Translations under genes and position numbers: made by a program
Notes under the pieces: generated by a model
Told to the model about the DNA's origin: nothing
The model's database searches: none
Seen by the model: only the letters and a program-made list of their open reading frames with translations
Assembly (NCBI RefSeq): GCF_009914755.1
Contig: NC_060931.1
Source of the DNA: the human T2T-CHM13v2.0 reference genome, Homo sapiens
Reading direction: 5' to 3' (one strand)
DNA: 64,000 nt
In this document: positions 14,557 to 26,191 of the stretch, piece after piece
Numbering within the stretch: the stretch's first letter is position 1
Layout: every line of letters begins with the position of its first letter

Positions 14557-14745
14557 CAGCAGTGGTTCCCAATGTTGGCTGTACGCTGGGAACACCTGAG
14601 GAGTTTGTTTGCTTGTTTGTTTGTTGTTTGAAGATACCAATGCCCTGGGGCCCACCCAAGGATTCTAATGGAACCGCGGTGGGCACCAGCATTTTTTAAA
14701 CTTTCCAGGAGACTCCGTGTGTGCAGCCAGCTTTGAGGACAACTA
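14557..14745. mobile_element. MER5-family hAT-Charlie MITE
   Basis: cagtggttcccaatgttggctgtac...tgcagccagctttgaggacaact. Confidence 0.65.
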
Positions 14746-15210
14746 TGTATGATCTTGTAAATAGGCTGCCAGTTATTCATTTATAAAGAACAAAATCCTA
14801 CCCTTTGTTTATGCAAAATGCTTTTTGCCGTAAGTATTGATTGCATGAGTCAGCACTGACTTTATTTTATGATATAATAAGACTGGGTCTTCATTTCCAA
14901 AAAGGATGAGCCAGCATCATTTGTGCTCTACCCCTCCCCAGATTCACAGCCCATCAGGAAAGGAAAACAACCCTGTCTGTGCTTTGTCAGCCACCTGGGC
15001 CCCTCCCAGACTCTGGAGTTGAATTATTAGCCCGATATCTGCAGAAAAAGTTCAAACCTGGTGATTCCTATTTGATATTTAAAATATAATAGGGAAAGTA
15101 AATAATCCTTTTCATAATCTTTAACATCTTCTCAAAACAAGAACAATTGCTACTGATTGAGAGCCCATTAGATGCCCCACTGCTGCTAGATGTTGTCTCA
15201 TCTAGTTTAT

Positions 15211-15360
15211 AGTAGGGCTTTTCAAACTTTTATTTGCATATGGATCCACCTGAAATGCTGGTAAATGTAGATTCTGATCCAGAGCCCACCCCAGATGCTG
15301 CATTTCTAACCAGCTCCAGGAATGCTGATGCAGCGGGTTGCTCACCTTGAATGGTAAAGT
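15211..15360. mobile_element. MER5-family MITE
   Basis: aaatgtagattctgat...tgcatttctaaccagctccaggaatgctgatgc. Confidence 0.6.
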
Positions 15361-16354
15361 GCTACTCAATGGACCCACCACCCTCCTGCCCCAGTACCAC
15401 CAGCTCCATTTCACACATGAGGACGTTAGGTGTGAGGACTTGTAAGAAGTGAGATTTAAACTCAGATCTATCTGATGTCAAAACCTCACCCACTGCGCAA
15501 ATCTGCCTCTTGTTAGTCTTTTCTCATGGTGGGAGTTTCCTCCTTCTAAAGTGATGTTATTTAAATTACATGACTCCTGGAGTCATGGAGGTAGATAGCA
15601 CTGTTGGAGGAAAGACTCTCATTTGCCCACCTCTCTGACCTTTCTTGTAGCTTACATCTTTCTCATAGCTCCTGATCTAAATCTTGATTGATTATTGCTC
15701 AGCAATCAGTAACTCTAAGCTTGGGGTTGAGGACAAGTCTGTTCTTTTTGTTTAGTAAATATACTAGTTTTGTTGAAGCCATTTCTACAAAACTGAAACA
15801 CCAGTGCAGCGATTAAAGTGGTCTGTGGCCACTAACTAAATTAGAGCTGAGATAGCTAACAGAAACCCTGTGAGAAGTCAGAGGGTCTTATGCTAATTTG
15901 TAGGCCCCAAATCACCTTGCTATAGGACTGTGAAGATCACACATACCTGTCCCCACTGTCTTTCATGCAGCAATCACAGTGCATTTGAGATTGCCTGCCT
16001 CAGTGAGGGGAGGCGGCGGCTTCTCCTAACACCATAGCTTCAACACTCTTTTTCGAGAGCAAAACACAAGATACATGCAAAACAGTAACAAAATGATCCT
16101 TAAAATGTAGAGGCCATACACAGAATCAGACTGTGGTTCTTTTTACCTGATTTCAGATCCTGTAGTGGTGGTTCGGAGAAATTCCTTAACCTCTTAAGGG
16201 GGCAGGGGTGCAGGAGAACTGTGTACAAAATGACATTCATAGTAAGCATACTCCAGTGATATGTTTGTTTTCAGAAATAGTCACTCCTGTTTGAATGGGG
16301 AATTTACTTTATAATAATTGGAAGTGCTGCCATCATTGCAAGACAATGGTTTCC

Positions 16355-16620
16355 TTTTTTTTCAATTTTCATTTTTATTTTATATTTGGGGGTACATGTG
16401 CAGGTTTGTTACAAAGGTATATCACAAGGTGCTGAGGTTTGGGCTTCTATTGCTTCCATCACCCAGGTAATGAACATAGTGCCCAAAAAAAGGAACTTTT
16501 GCAGCCCCTGCCCCTTCCTACCCAGCCACCTTTGGAAGCCACTAGAGTCTCATGTTCCCCCCATCTTTTATGTCCCTGTGTCCCCAAGATTTAGCTCCCA
16601 CCTGTAAGTGAGAACATGGA
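16355..16620 (-). mobile_element. L1 3' end (old L1PA/L1PB type), heavily 5'-truncated
   Basis: T-rich tail followed by gggggtacatgtgcaggtttgttac...ttagctcccacctgtaagtgagaacatg. Confidence 0.85.
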
Positions 16621-19600
16621 ATATAAAAACACGTTTTCTTGACAAAATGGAAGAAATGTCTTCAAAAACACCTGCCCTTTCAAAGGTCTTGGCCTGACTT
16701 TGCATTTCCTGCAAGGAGGCAGGTGGACCTAGGAACCCAGGCACAGCTGGACCTTTGTCCAATGTCTGCCTGCCCCAGATTGGACGGGCAGGTCCTGCTG
16801 ATGATGGGCTTTGGGAAGAAATCTCATTCACACTTTCATCTTCAAAGAACAGAAACCTACCGGAACTTGTACAAATATCAGCCTAAGGATGCATACATGA
16901 ATGCATGGGTTGACCTAAAAGAAAACAAATTGGGAAAATAAACTCTTATGTCCTGCCAACCCCCACCCAATATGTATATAGTTGTCTCCTTGCACTAAAG
17001 GGTTAAACTATTATGTACATGTGATCGACAAATCCTCATAGTCACTTACATGTATTTTCAATATTTGTATGTATGCATACTTGCGTTTGCTTAATATATA
17101 CGTATGCATGGATTTATTTAAAATGCTTTAAAATTTATTTAAAATCATCTAAGGGATTCTGTAAAGCATCCACTTATGGGGTGATCCATGTAGTTTGGGC
17201 AAATCAGTGGAATGGGGAAACATGACATTGTCTAGGGCTTTTCTTCCTTTCTTTTCCTGCCTGGGACGTTTTGAGAGAATGACTAAGCAGTGCTGGAGAT
17301 TATGAATTTGCTTAAGTGTGAATGGCTGATTGCCCAGCAGGAGGCCCGGCCCTCCCCAAAGGTGATGGACTGGGGCTGCAGGTCTTCACACTTGATGCCT
17401 GGATTTGACTCGGAAAGTCTGCCAAGTCTTTTACTCGGAAATTTATCTTAATTAGATCTGAAAGACCTGCCACAGCAGAATAGTCACACCGATTAAAATG
17501 AAAAACAGGAGAAATTACTGATCAAATTAATCATAATGTCGGGTTACAGCTGTAGGTCTGATGTAATTTGCCACTCCAGTGAGTTACATCGGCCCAGGCC
17601 CGGGAAAGGAAGCTGGCTTTACGCTGATCCGTAACACCCGCCCGCTCCAGGCGGCCCGGCAGGAGGCTGATTCCATTCATTTTTCCTGGCTTGCTCTGAC
17701 CTCCCTGCTGCAACTGGAAACAAATCAGGCACCAAACAAATGGGAGGTGGGGGGAACAGGGAGGGTAAACAAGAAATATTTTCTTTTCCAAGAGACTGTA
17801 CTATTGTACTATTTCAAAATGGTGAGCTTTTTAATCTCAGCCGGGCGGGCCTGGGGCCCTGTGCTTGTTTGGCTTTGTGCTTTTGTTTTTTCCATTTAAC
17901 CTCCTTTTAGTTTTACGTGTGGTGACCTGACATTGATTAGATGCAGAGTGGGAATCAAAAGGTCAGAGGACAAAACCTTTAGCTCTGAGCAATAGGAAAA
18001 AACCTTTAGAAAAATCTCCTTGCCAACATGGTTCTTCAACTAGGACATGGATTGAAATAATCTAAAGTGTCACAAGAGAGGAAGAAGAAACCTAGGCTGT
18101 GAGATCTGATTGTTCCAACATAGATATGGTCCTGGTGTTCTAATGTTTAGATAAACACCACTTTATACCATACCATGTGTTCAGGGTTGATGTGGACGGC
18201 GTATAGTATTTTTTAAAGAAAACACATCAGAGTCTAGATCCTTTTCATTGTATCTCCTTGAATCTCACTGTAGTTAATTCTTATCTCCCCATTAGAGATT
18301 CAAAGGAGACCCTAAAACACAAAGAAGGAGACCCAGTCTAGCCATTTCATTAGGAATTCTCAGAAGTTAGAATTTAGGAGGAATGTAAGACTTCTTGCTA
18401 ACTATTTCTGCTTTATCAGGAAACTAGATAAAGAGAGTTCAGCCTTTCCTGAAGGAAATCATCTTAAAACAGAGATTATTGGAAAGGAGCAGGGAGAGGA
18501 GGTGTTCTTCCCAATCAATAGTTATCAGTTGCCTTTGGAGCAGTAAGAGCTCTCTTCTTGACCATATGATAGGTTGCCTAAATCCCATTTATTCATCACT
18601 GGGCCAGATGTTTATACTCTCTGCCCCCAGTCTGACAAGGCTCTCCCTCCCACCAGGAATGAATCTGGCACATTTTTAAAATGAGGATCCCTTGAACCAA
18701 GGAATAGGAAGACAGGCAGTCATGGAAACAGGCTGGCCCTGGCACTCAAGAGGCTGTGCCTTGGACCTTTCTAGGGATCCTTGTGAAGGATTAGGTGGGA
18801 CCATGTGCCCAGATTGGGGAAGGGCATGGTGTTTTTCATGACATTGTGAGTGATTGCTAAATTGGTTTAGTAGTTTGTAACTAGCATTTTTAAAAGAAAA
18901 TAATAAAAAGGAGTAGAAAATGCCAGAGCACAGAAAGGCTACAAATTTTTTTAAGGACACTTTCCTTTAAGTGATATACAAATGAACATATATAGTTACA
19001 TGTTGAGAGATAGATCTAATTGTACATATATATTTTGTATGTATATATGTGTTGGCCTGAGATGTAAAATGTGTTTCTTCTTATGAGACAAGATCAGAAG
19101 AATTTGAAAAACCCTAGCCTGAAAGACCCAGCTTTTCAGGTAGACAGAGATGGGATTTCTTAGGTGTATAGCAGGCCAGGAAGCAGGTATATCAGTATCC
19201 CAACATATTGCATGTGATATGAGCCCCTAAACACCAAACACCCTTCCCAACAGTCAAAAAGAACGAAAAAGAAATGCCCACCACCCAGCCCCCCAGCCTT
19301 CGCCCACACACACGTATCTTCCAGGGAACTTCAAGTTTCAACATTATACCACTGCCTATGTGGTTGAAAACACACAGCAGATTAGTGGTTTAACAAGCCT
19401 ATTAAAATGAGAGACTAAGTAATATATTAAAAGCTGACAAGTAGTCCCACCAAAAATGAGTAGATAATTCTAAAGAGAAAGTGAAAGGGAAAGAGAAACA
19501 GTGGGAAGGAAGCACAGAACCCCACAGGGATTAATTGGCTAATTTAGGCCCCTGGAAGCTGTGTCCCTCAGGAAGGTGCAAGTCGAAGGCCAGGTCCACA

Positions 19601-19699
19601 GGCCCCTGGTCAGAGAAGTCAGGGGCTGTCGAGCTTCACATCCAAAGTACCTGGAACTTTTCTCACTTTTCCCACCTACTCTGGCCCCAAGGCAGAGCT

Positions 19700-20235
19700 A
19701 TCACCATCTTCCCTAACTTGGTCTTTCTACTTCTGTTTTCTCTCTAATCCACTTTGCAAACCACTGTCAAGTTAATCTTCCTAAAAGAACATTTAGTTTA
19801 TATCACCTCCATGCTCAAACCCTCTGCTGGCCTGTTTAGCCTGGACACTCTGGCCCTACTCATCACCCCATCCTCCAACTCCCTCTGCCACATTCACCCT
19901 GGCCTCCCACCATGCCCAGATGTGCCTGACACAATCCCTCCCTCGCTTTGCTGGTCCATGCCCCTTGCCTGGAATGTCCCGTCTTCTCATCACTGACCCC
20001 TCATGGCTCACTTCACTTCCTGCTCCTTCCATGAAGTGCCCACAGTGGCCCAGCCCTCAACAATCACTTTCCTGAACTCGTATATTGGGCACTTAGCATT
20101 TGCTCTTTAAGTCTTTTTCTTTTATTTTCATCTTTTTTATGAACAATTTATTATCTCATTTGAATTATAAGCCCCTTAAGAACAGACACAATGTCTCACA
20201 CCTCTGTGTATCCCAGGGCTGTCAATAATTGTTGT
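19700..20235 (+). mobile_element. L2 3' fragment
   Basis: gttaatcttcctaaaa...cccttgcctggaatgtcc...tctgtgtatcccaggg are typical L2 3' segments. Confidence 0.55.
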
Positions 20236-20914
20236 ATGTGACGATTTCTGATTTAACAATTATTCATGTCACAAATATGTAAGTGCCTGTGATCAGACTG
20301 TCTTAAATTTCTTTGCAAAATTTCTTGACGAAGATAACGATGACTAATGAAAGAAGAGCTATTTATTGTTATAATTAGAACCATGCTTGGCACATCATAA
20401 GAACTATAAAAGCCTTAGATGCTATGATGACTCCTTTGAAATTGTTTCAACCCCATCCTTCTCTGCATTATCTTCACAGTGGGTTTTGGGAAATGGGGGC
20501 TTGATTTAAATGCTTTAAATCAGTTTATTTTATCTGGGAAGAAATGTACATCAAAGTAAGGACCATCATTTTCTAATTAATCTGTTTCCTTTTCCCTACC
20601 ATCTCAATAACACATGGTAGTTCTTGCTATTCAGAATATAATAGGCAAAGAAGCAGGTCTTGTTAATACTTTATAGATCTGATTGATCCGTGGGTTAAAT
20701 CATGTTACCCAAAGCATAAACATATTATAAAGAAGATAGGGAGACCCAAAGAAAATGAAAATGGATCTCCTACCTTGAGTGCACCTCACACCCCACTATT
20801 GGATGCCTGGGACTCTCACATGACACAGCCTGGCTGCTTCAAACCCCACTGCAAGAGCAGGCAAACACACATGGAATCTCCCAGTATGAAAACAAGGATC
20901 CAGTTTAAAAAACA

Positions 20915-21100
20915 AAAACACTGCTGGGCACTTAACATATGCCAGGCACTGTCCTAGGTGTTTTGGGTATGTTTTTCTACGAATGCCATGCAATTACTTA
21001 TGAAAGCGAGGAAACTAGGGTTCAGAGGAAGCTGGTAACTCATCAAAAGTCCCACAGTTTGTAAGAGGTGGAGCTGGAGTTTGAGCCCCGGTCTGACCCC
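20915..21100 (-). mobile_element. MIR
   Basis: tatgccaggcactgtcctagg...gaggaaactagggttcagag...ggagctggagtttgagccc. Confidence 0.65.
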
Positions 21101-21480
21101 AAGGGATCCTCCCACCTCCTTTTAACCGGGGTAGTCTCTGTGCAAGTCTACCATCCAGGTAATCCCTAACATTTCATTCTCAGGACTGTTCTGGCTTGGA
21201 GGATAAATTATTGGGCCTTTTACCCCAAGCCCATCACCATGCCACCTCCAACATTTTTCCAAACTGCCACCTGATTTCACTTGGCTTGATGCCACAAAAG
21301 CTAAGAAGTTTGGATGACTTCTAAATTTAATAAGAAGATGGAAAAAGTAATTCTTATAAATGTATCATGTTCTCTCTAGAGCCAAAAATGCCATGTTATG
21401 AAAAGGTTTGCAGGTGGCACGGAGGGGAAGGGGCAAAGGGTTTCATAAACAAGGGTGGGGGCTTCAGAGTACGAATTGCT

Positions 21481-21501
21481 CTAGCGCCCCCTCTGGTGGC
21501 C
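21481..21501 (-). promoter_or_regulatory. Candidate CTCF binding site
   Basis: Minus strand reads GGCCACCAGAGGGGGCGCTAG, a 13/14 match to CCACCAGAGGGCGC. Confidence 0.5.
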
Positions 21502-21619
21502 TCTGAGGGTGCTTCAGAGCAGTCATGATTCCCAGATTGGCCACATATCAAAACCACCTGCAGAGATTTCTTCTCAGATGAATTTTGAGAGAAAGAGAGA
21601 GAGTGAGCTAGGAGAATTG

Positions 21620-22070
21620 GACCTGTAGATCAAAAGACACAGCACCAATCTCATTATGTGAGCCTTATTTAGATTACAATTCAAGCAAACTGTAAAAAAG
21701 AAAAAGCATGACATTTATGAGACAATTGGAAGTATGACCACTGACTGGATATCTGATGATACGAAAGAATTATTTTTAATATTTTTTGGTGTGATAGTGA
21801 TAGGTAGTTTTTTTTTAACAGTAGCTTTTGAAGATACCTACAGAAATACAAATGAAATGATGGCATGCCCTAGGATTTTTTTCTAAAATGATATTGAAGG
21901 AAAAAGAATAATGTGGGTGGACGTGTTTGGGTGGGGTACAGATGAAAGAATATTGGCCATGAGTTGATAATTATTGCAGCTGGCTGATGGGTCCATGTGA
22001 CCTAATTATACTATTGTGTCTTACTTAGATGTATTTAAAATTCCTCATAAGAAAAAATTAAATAAAAAAG
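21620..22070 (+). mobile_element. Old L1 (L1MC/ME type) 3' end, inserted within a MER5-like element (~21520-21570 and ~22085-22195)
   Basis: caagcaaactgtaaaaa...gacatttatgagacaattgg...ttggccatgagttgataattattg, then an A-rich end. MER5-like halves lie on each side. Confidence 0.7.
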
Positions 22071-24164
22071 TTTTAATCAGATGGGGACTCTTTAATAACA
22101 CAAATTCTCCTCGCCCAACCCAGTAACTGCAAAATCAGAATGTCCTGGATGCAGCCAGTGATTCTGATGATCAGCAGGGTTTAAGAACTACTGCTCTATA
22201 AAGTTGTAAACAATTTATTAATAAAGAGATGTTATTTAAGGCTCAAGGGCAATACACAAACAAATGGTTAATGGGTTGAGCTATAGCATTGTGAGAAACT
22301 GGGGTTTTTAACAGAAAGATTGAGTAACTGAAGATGATTGTTCATTAATATCAGTTAATATTTCCTCAGTGATTCTCTTGAAGAGTAGAGGAGTCGGATC
22401 AGGTGTGCTTTATGGTCCTGTCAGACTCTGAGATCCTCTGGCTAACCCTGAGAATAGGACAAAAGAAAGTGGAGCTGTACTTCTGTATTTAAAAAAAAAA
22501 AAAAAAAAGAGTATGACAAGAAGATGCTTTTATTGTCCCATGAATTAAACTTTGGAACAGATAATAAAGAAAAGTTAAAATGTCTTCTTGGCAGCATGTT
22601 AAACACAGGCCAAAACCTTACTGCATAGATCTGTGAGTCTTATTCGCTTCTGTTTCCTTCATGCCTAATATGGAACCTAGAACATGGTACATATTTAATG
22701 TGGCTATTGAGTGCTGTGACGTTCTCAAGTTAGTTTGCTTCTTAAGGTGATTCCCTTAAGAAAATGATTTTTTTTCTGGGTTTAGTATGAGAGCAGAAAG
22801 AAGGAAAGTAATACAGAAGAGGTACCTAACAACGTGTTAGACAGTATGTAAAGGATTTGCTCATCTACACCAAGTTTGGTTTTGCAAAGAGAGGTACCAC
22901 TTCTAAGCCTCATTGTTGTTTGATCATCTCATTGGCCCCAAGGATTAGGCATGGCCAGTAGAGAGAAACACCATATAACCCAACAAGATACTCATATATT
23001 TTAAACATCCTCTGGATTTATTATAGAAAAATATTTTATTATAAAAGTTTACAGTTTGGGGTTTTCTCTACTAGAACTGTAAACAGCCTTTGTATTAAAA
23101 TATTTTTATGTAAAATATATGCTCTCCTTCCTAATTTATGGAAATAGGAAAATTGGTACATTGGAGGCTTTAATTAATTAAATTATCACATTTCTAGACC
23201 AAAGAGATAGGGAGACATAGCAAAAAGCTGGAGGAATGAAGTCTCGTTTTATTTTTTAGATTCCAGATGCTTTCTGTAACAGTTGATCAGGGAGCTGTCA
23301 AATGCACTGATGAGAGGTTTCCCAAAGTTAATTTTTCTCATAATACAATAACCAAATTTGCTTTAACACTTGAAAAGGCCCATCCATACTAAAAAGAATC
23401 AGTTGCTTAATCCTAAAATTAAAGGTTATTGCATGCAAGAGAAAATAATTACATGCTCAAAGTATGGAAAAAAGAAAACTTTTTTTAATATGTAGGTATT
23501 TGTATAATTAAAGACTAATCAAGCATGAAGGGCTGCTGACTAAACCAGAAAATGAGATTGTTGGCAAGCAATATTGTAATGTAAATGCCATTTTTGTTTA
23601 ACTACTAAGAAGCTGGAGAAATGATATCCTGAACAGATTAAAAGCAAACAGCATTGATAATAAATATTTATCAGATTTCAAATGCAACACAGAGAATTTT
23701 TATATTTTACATGCAAGATTTGTTTGCAGTGAAGTATTCAGGTACTTTTCAACAGGGTAGTTAACATCCTTATTTAGAATTGCATTTTCAGATAGTATCT
23801 TCCTACGGTTAAGGTACATGTGAAATATTAACCAAGGGAAAGTGCTCCTTTTGAGATATACTGCCCACAATGCAGTTACCTATTAATTATGATTTTGAGA
23901 ATTAATTAGTACTAGTTAACTTGGTGTTAGGCAAATACTTTCCAATGAATATACTGAATGTACTTTTAGAGGGAGAGAGACGAGATACAAGCCATACACA
24001 GTTGTTAAAACAAAGAAAATAGAAACGTTAATGTAAAATAAACGATTTATCTAAACTTCAAGCACATGATTTAAAGTAGAAAGAGTAGAAACCTTGAAGT
24101 TACACATAAACATTCTGAGGCTTTCTACCGCTACCCTGTAAAATATCACGTAGGGCACTCGTTT

Positions 24165-24666
24165 TGTTACCAGAAAGGGGTCCAGATCCAGACCCCAAGA
24201 GAGGGGTTCTTGGATCTTGTGCAGGAAAGAATTCAGGGTAAGTCCATACAATAAAGTGAAAGCAAGTTTATTAAGAAAGTAAAGAATGAAAGAATGGCTA
24301 CTTCCATAGGCAGAGGAGCCCCGAGGGCTGCTGGTTGCCCATTTTTATGGTTATTTCTTGATGATATGCTAAACAAGGGGTGGATTATTTATGCCTCCCC
24401 TTTTAGACCATATAGAGTAACTTCCTGACATTGCTATGGCATTTGTAAACTCTCATGGTGCTGGTGAGAGTGTAGCAGTGAGGACAACCAGAGGTCATTC
24501 TCATGGCAATCTTGGTTTTGGTGGGTTTTGGCCGGCTTCTTCACTGCAACCTGTTTTATCAGCAAATGACCTGTACCTTGTGCCAACCTCCTATCTCATC
24601 CTATGACTTAGAATGTCTAACCATCTAGGAATGCAGCCCAGGAGGTCCCAACCTTATTTTACTCAG
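24165..24666 (-). mobile_element. MER41A solo LTR (ERV1), missing roughly the first 45 bp of its 5' end
   Basis: tgttaccagaaaggggtccagatccagaccccaagagag...gggctgctggttgcccatttttatgg...gaatgcagcccagg matches the reverse complement of MER41A as I recall it. Confidence 0.8.
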
Positions 24667-26191
24667 GAATTCAACAGGAAAGAAAGAACATACCCCAAAC
24701 AGGCAAAAGGTTTTAATCTAATGAAGCCCTCACTGTCTATTTGTAGGTGGTGATTTCCCTGTATTCAACTGTGCTCAGCCTTGATTTCTCTTATAAATCA
24801 AGATTGGCTGCATAAATGTAGCTGTGAGCTCTGCAAAGCGGACTCCTTGACCCACTGATTAAAGTATGAATGCATTAATTTAAAGTAGCTTTTAAAACTC
24901 AGGTATTGTACTCAGCAAGTATGCTGTTTTTCTCCCACCACAAAGCATAATTAAAGATAAGTTTTCAGGAGAAGAGGCAAGGCTGTCATTTTTTTAACCT
25001 TCAGAAACACTAGAAGATTCACTTTTCAGTTTCTAAATTAGAATCCGTCAGTTTGACTGCCTCTGTTTCTTTTGGATGTAATGCCTATGATATGTGATCC
25101 AGAAAGCTGAAAGCATGCAGACCTACTAAAATGCATTTGGGGATTTTCAGAAACAGATTATTGAGTGACAATATGATAGCCTTCAGGCTTGCTGCTGGAA
25201 ATTATTATTTAACTTATTTTCCTCCTAATGTGTTAGTAACATGTACCTATTTTCTGAAGACTGCCGAACACATCATCAAATGACAGTTCAAAAAACATTT
25301 TTAAGTTTATTATTTTTCTTTTTATGTAACATACTTTGAGAGCCAGGAAACAACATTAAAAGATGTGTTTCTCTCACCATTTCTCCTTACTCGTGCTGTT
25401 TGAAGAGGTCACAATGAAATTGCAAGTTCTTGAGTCTGAATAAAGAACACCTACAAATGTTTGAGCTCGGGTGTTTGAGAGAGTCCGAGGTTATTTGCAG
25501 AAGTGAGTGGGTTAGGCAAGGGGGAAGAGGCTACAGAGAGTGATTCTGTCTCATGGATGTAGCGTGTCCCTCACAAGCGGCCAGCAGACAGGGCACCCAG
25601 CCACATAGGACAGTGCCAGGTCCCCTCTGGCTGCCATTATCTGGTGGTGATGTCTGAGAGTATACAGTGGTATTCAGTTTCCTCAGCCTCCAATGTCATG
25701 GTAGCCCTTGCTATCCCCTTGTTTAAAACTATGAAGCTGCTCTTTCAGTAAATCTAAACAAAATTATAATCTAGTCTTAAATTGCTCAAAAAGCATCTAC
25801 TAAAATACATCTTGAAGTTTCTAGTCTGGACCAAAATTCAGATACTGTGCATTTAAGCAATGCCTTTTTATTTCCTCTTGAAAGCTATCAATGGCCAGAA
25901 AAAAAAAAAAAAAAGTGGGGAGGGGAAATGCAATTTTTTATTCTAGCACATATAAGGAGAATTGAGTAGCCCAAAAAGAACCTGGAGAATCCCCTTGTTA
26001 GGACCCTCCCTTCTGGTCAAGCTTGCTTACAGTACAAGCAAGGTCAGAAGGACTCATGGAATACTAAGATTTACAGAGGATTCTATGGCAAAATGACCCA
26101 GACCTCATCCTCTAGGGAACTTTTTTCAGTTTCCTGATACCATTTTAGTAAACTTCTGATCTACAGTTCTGGTATCATTTTAGTCTTATGA

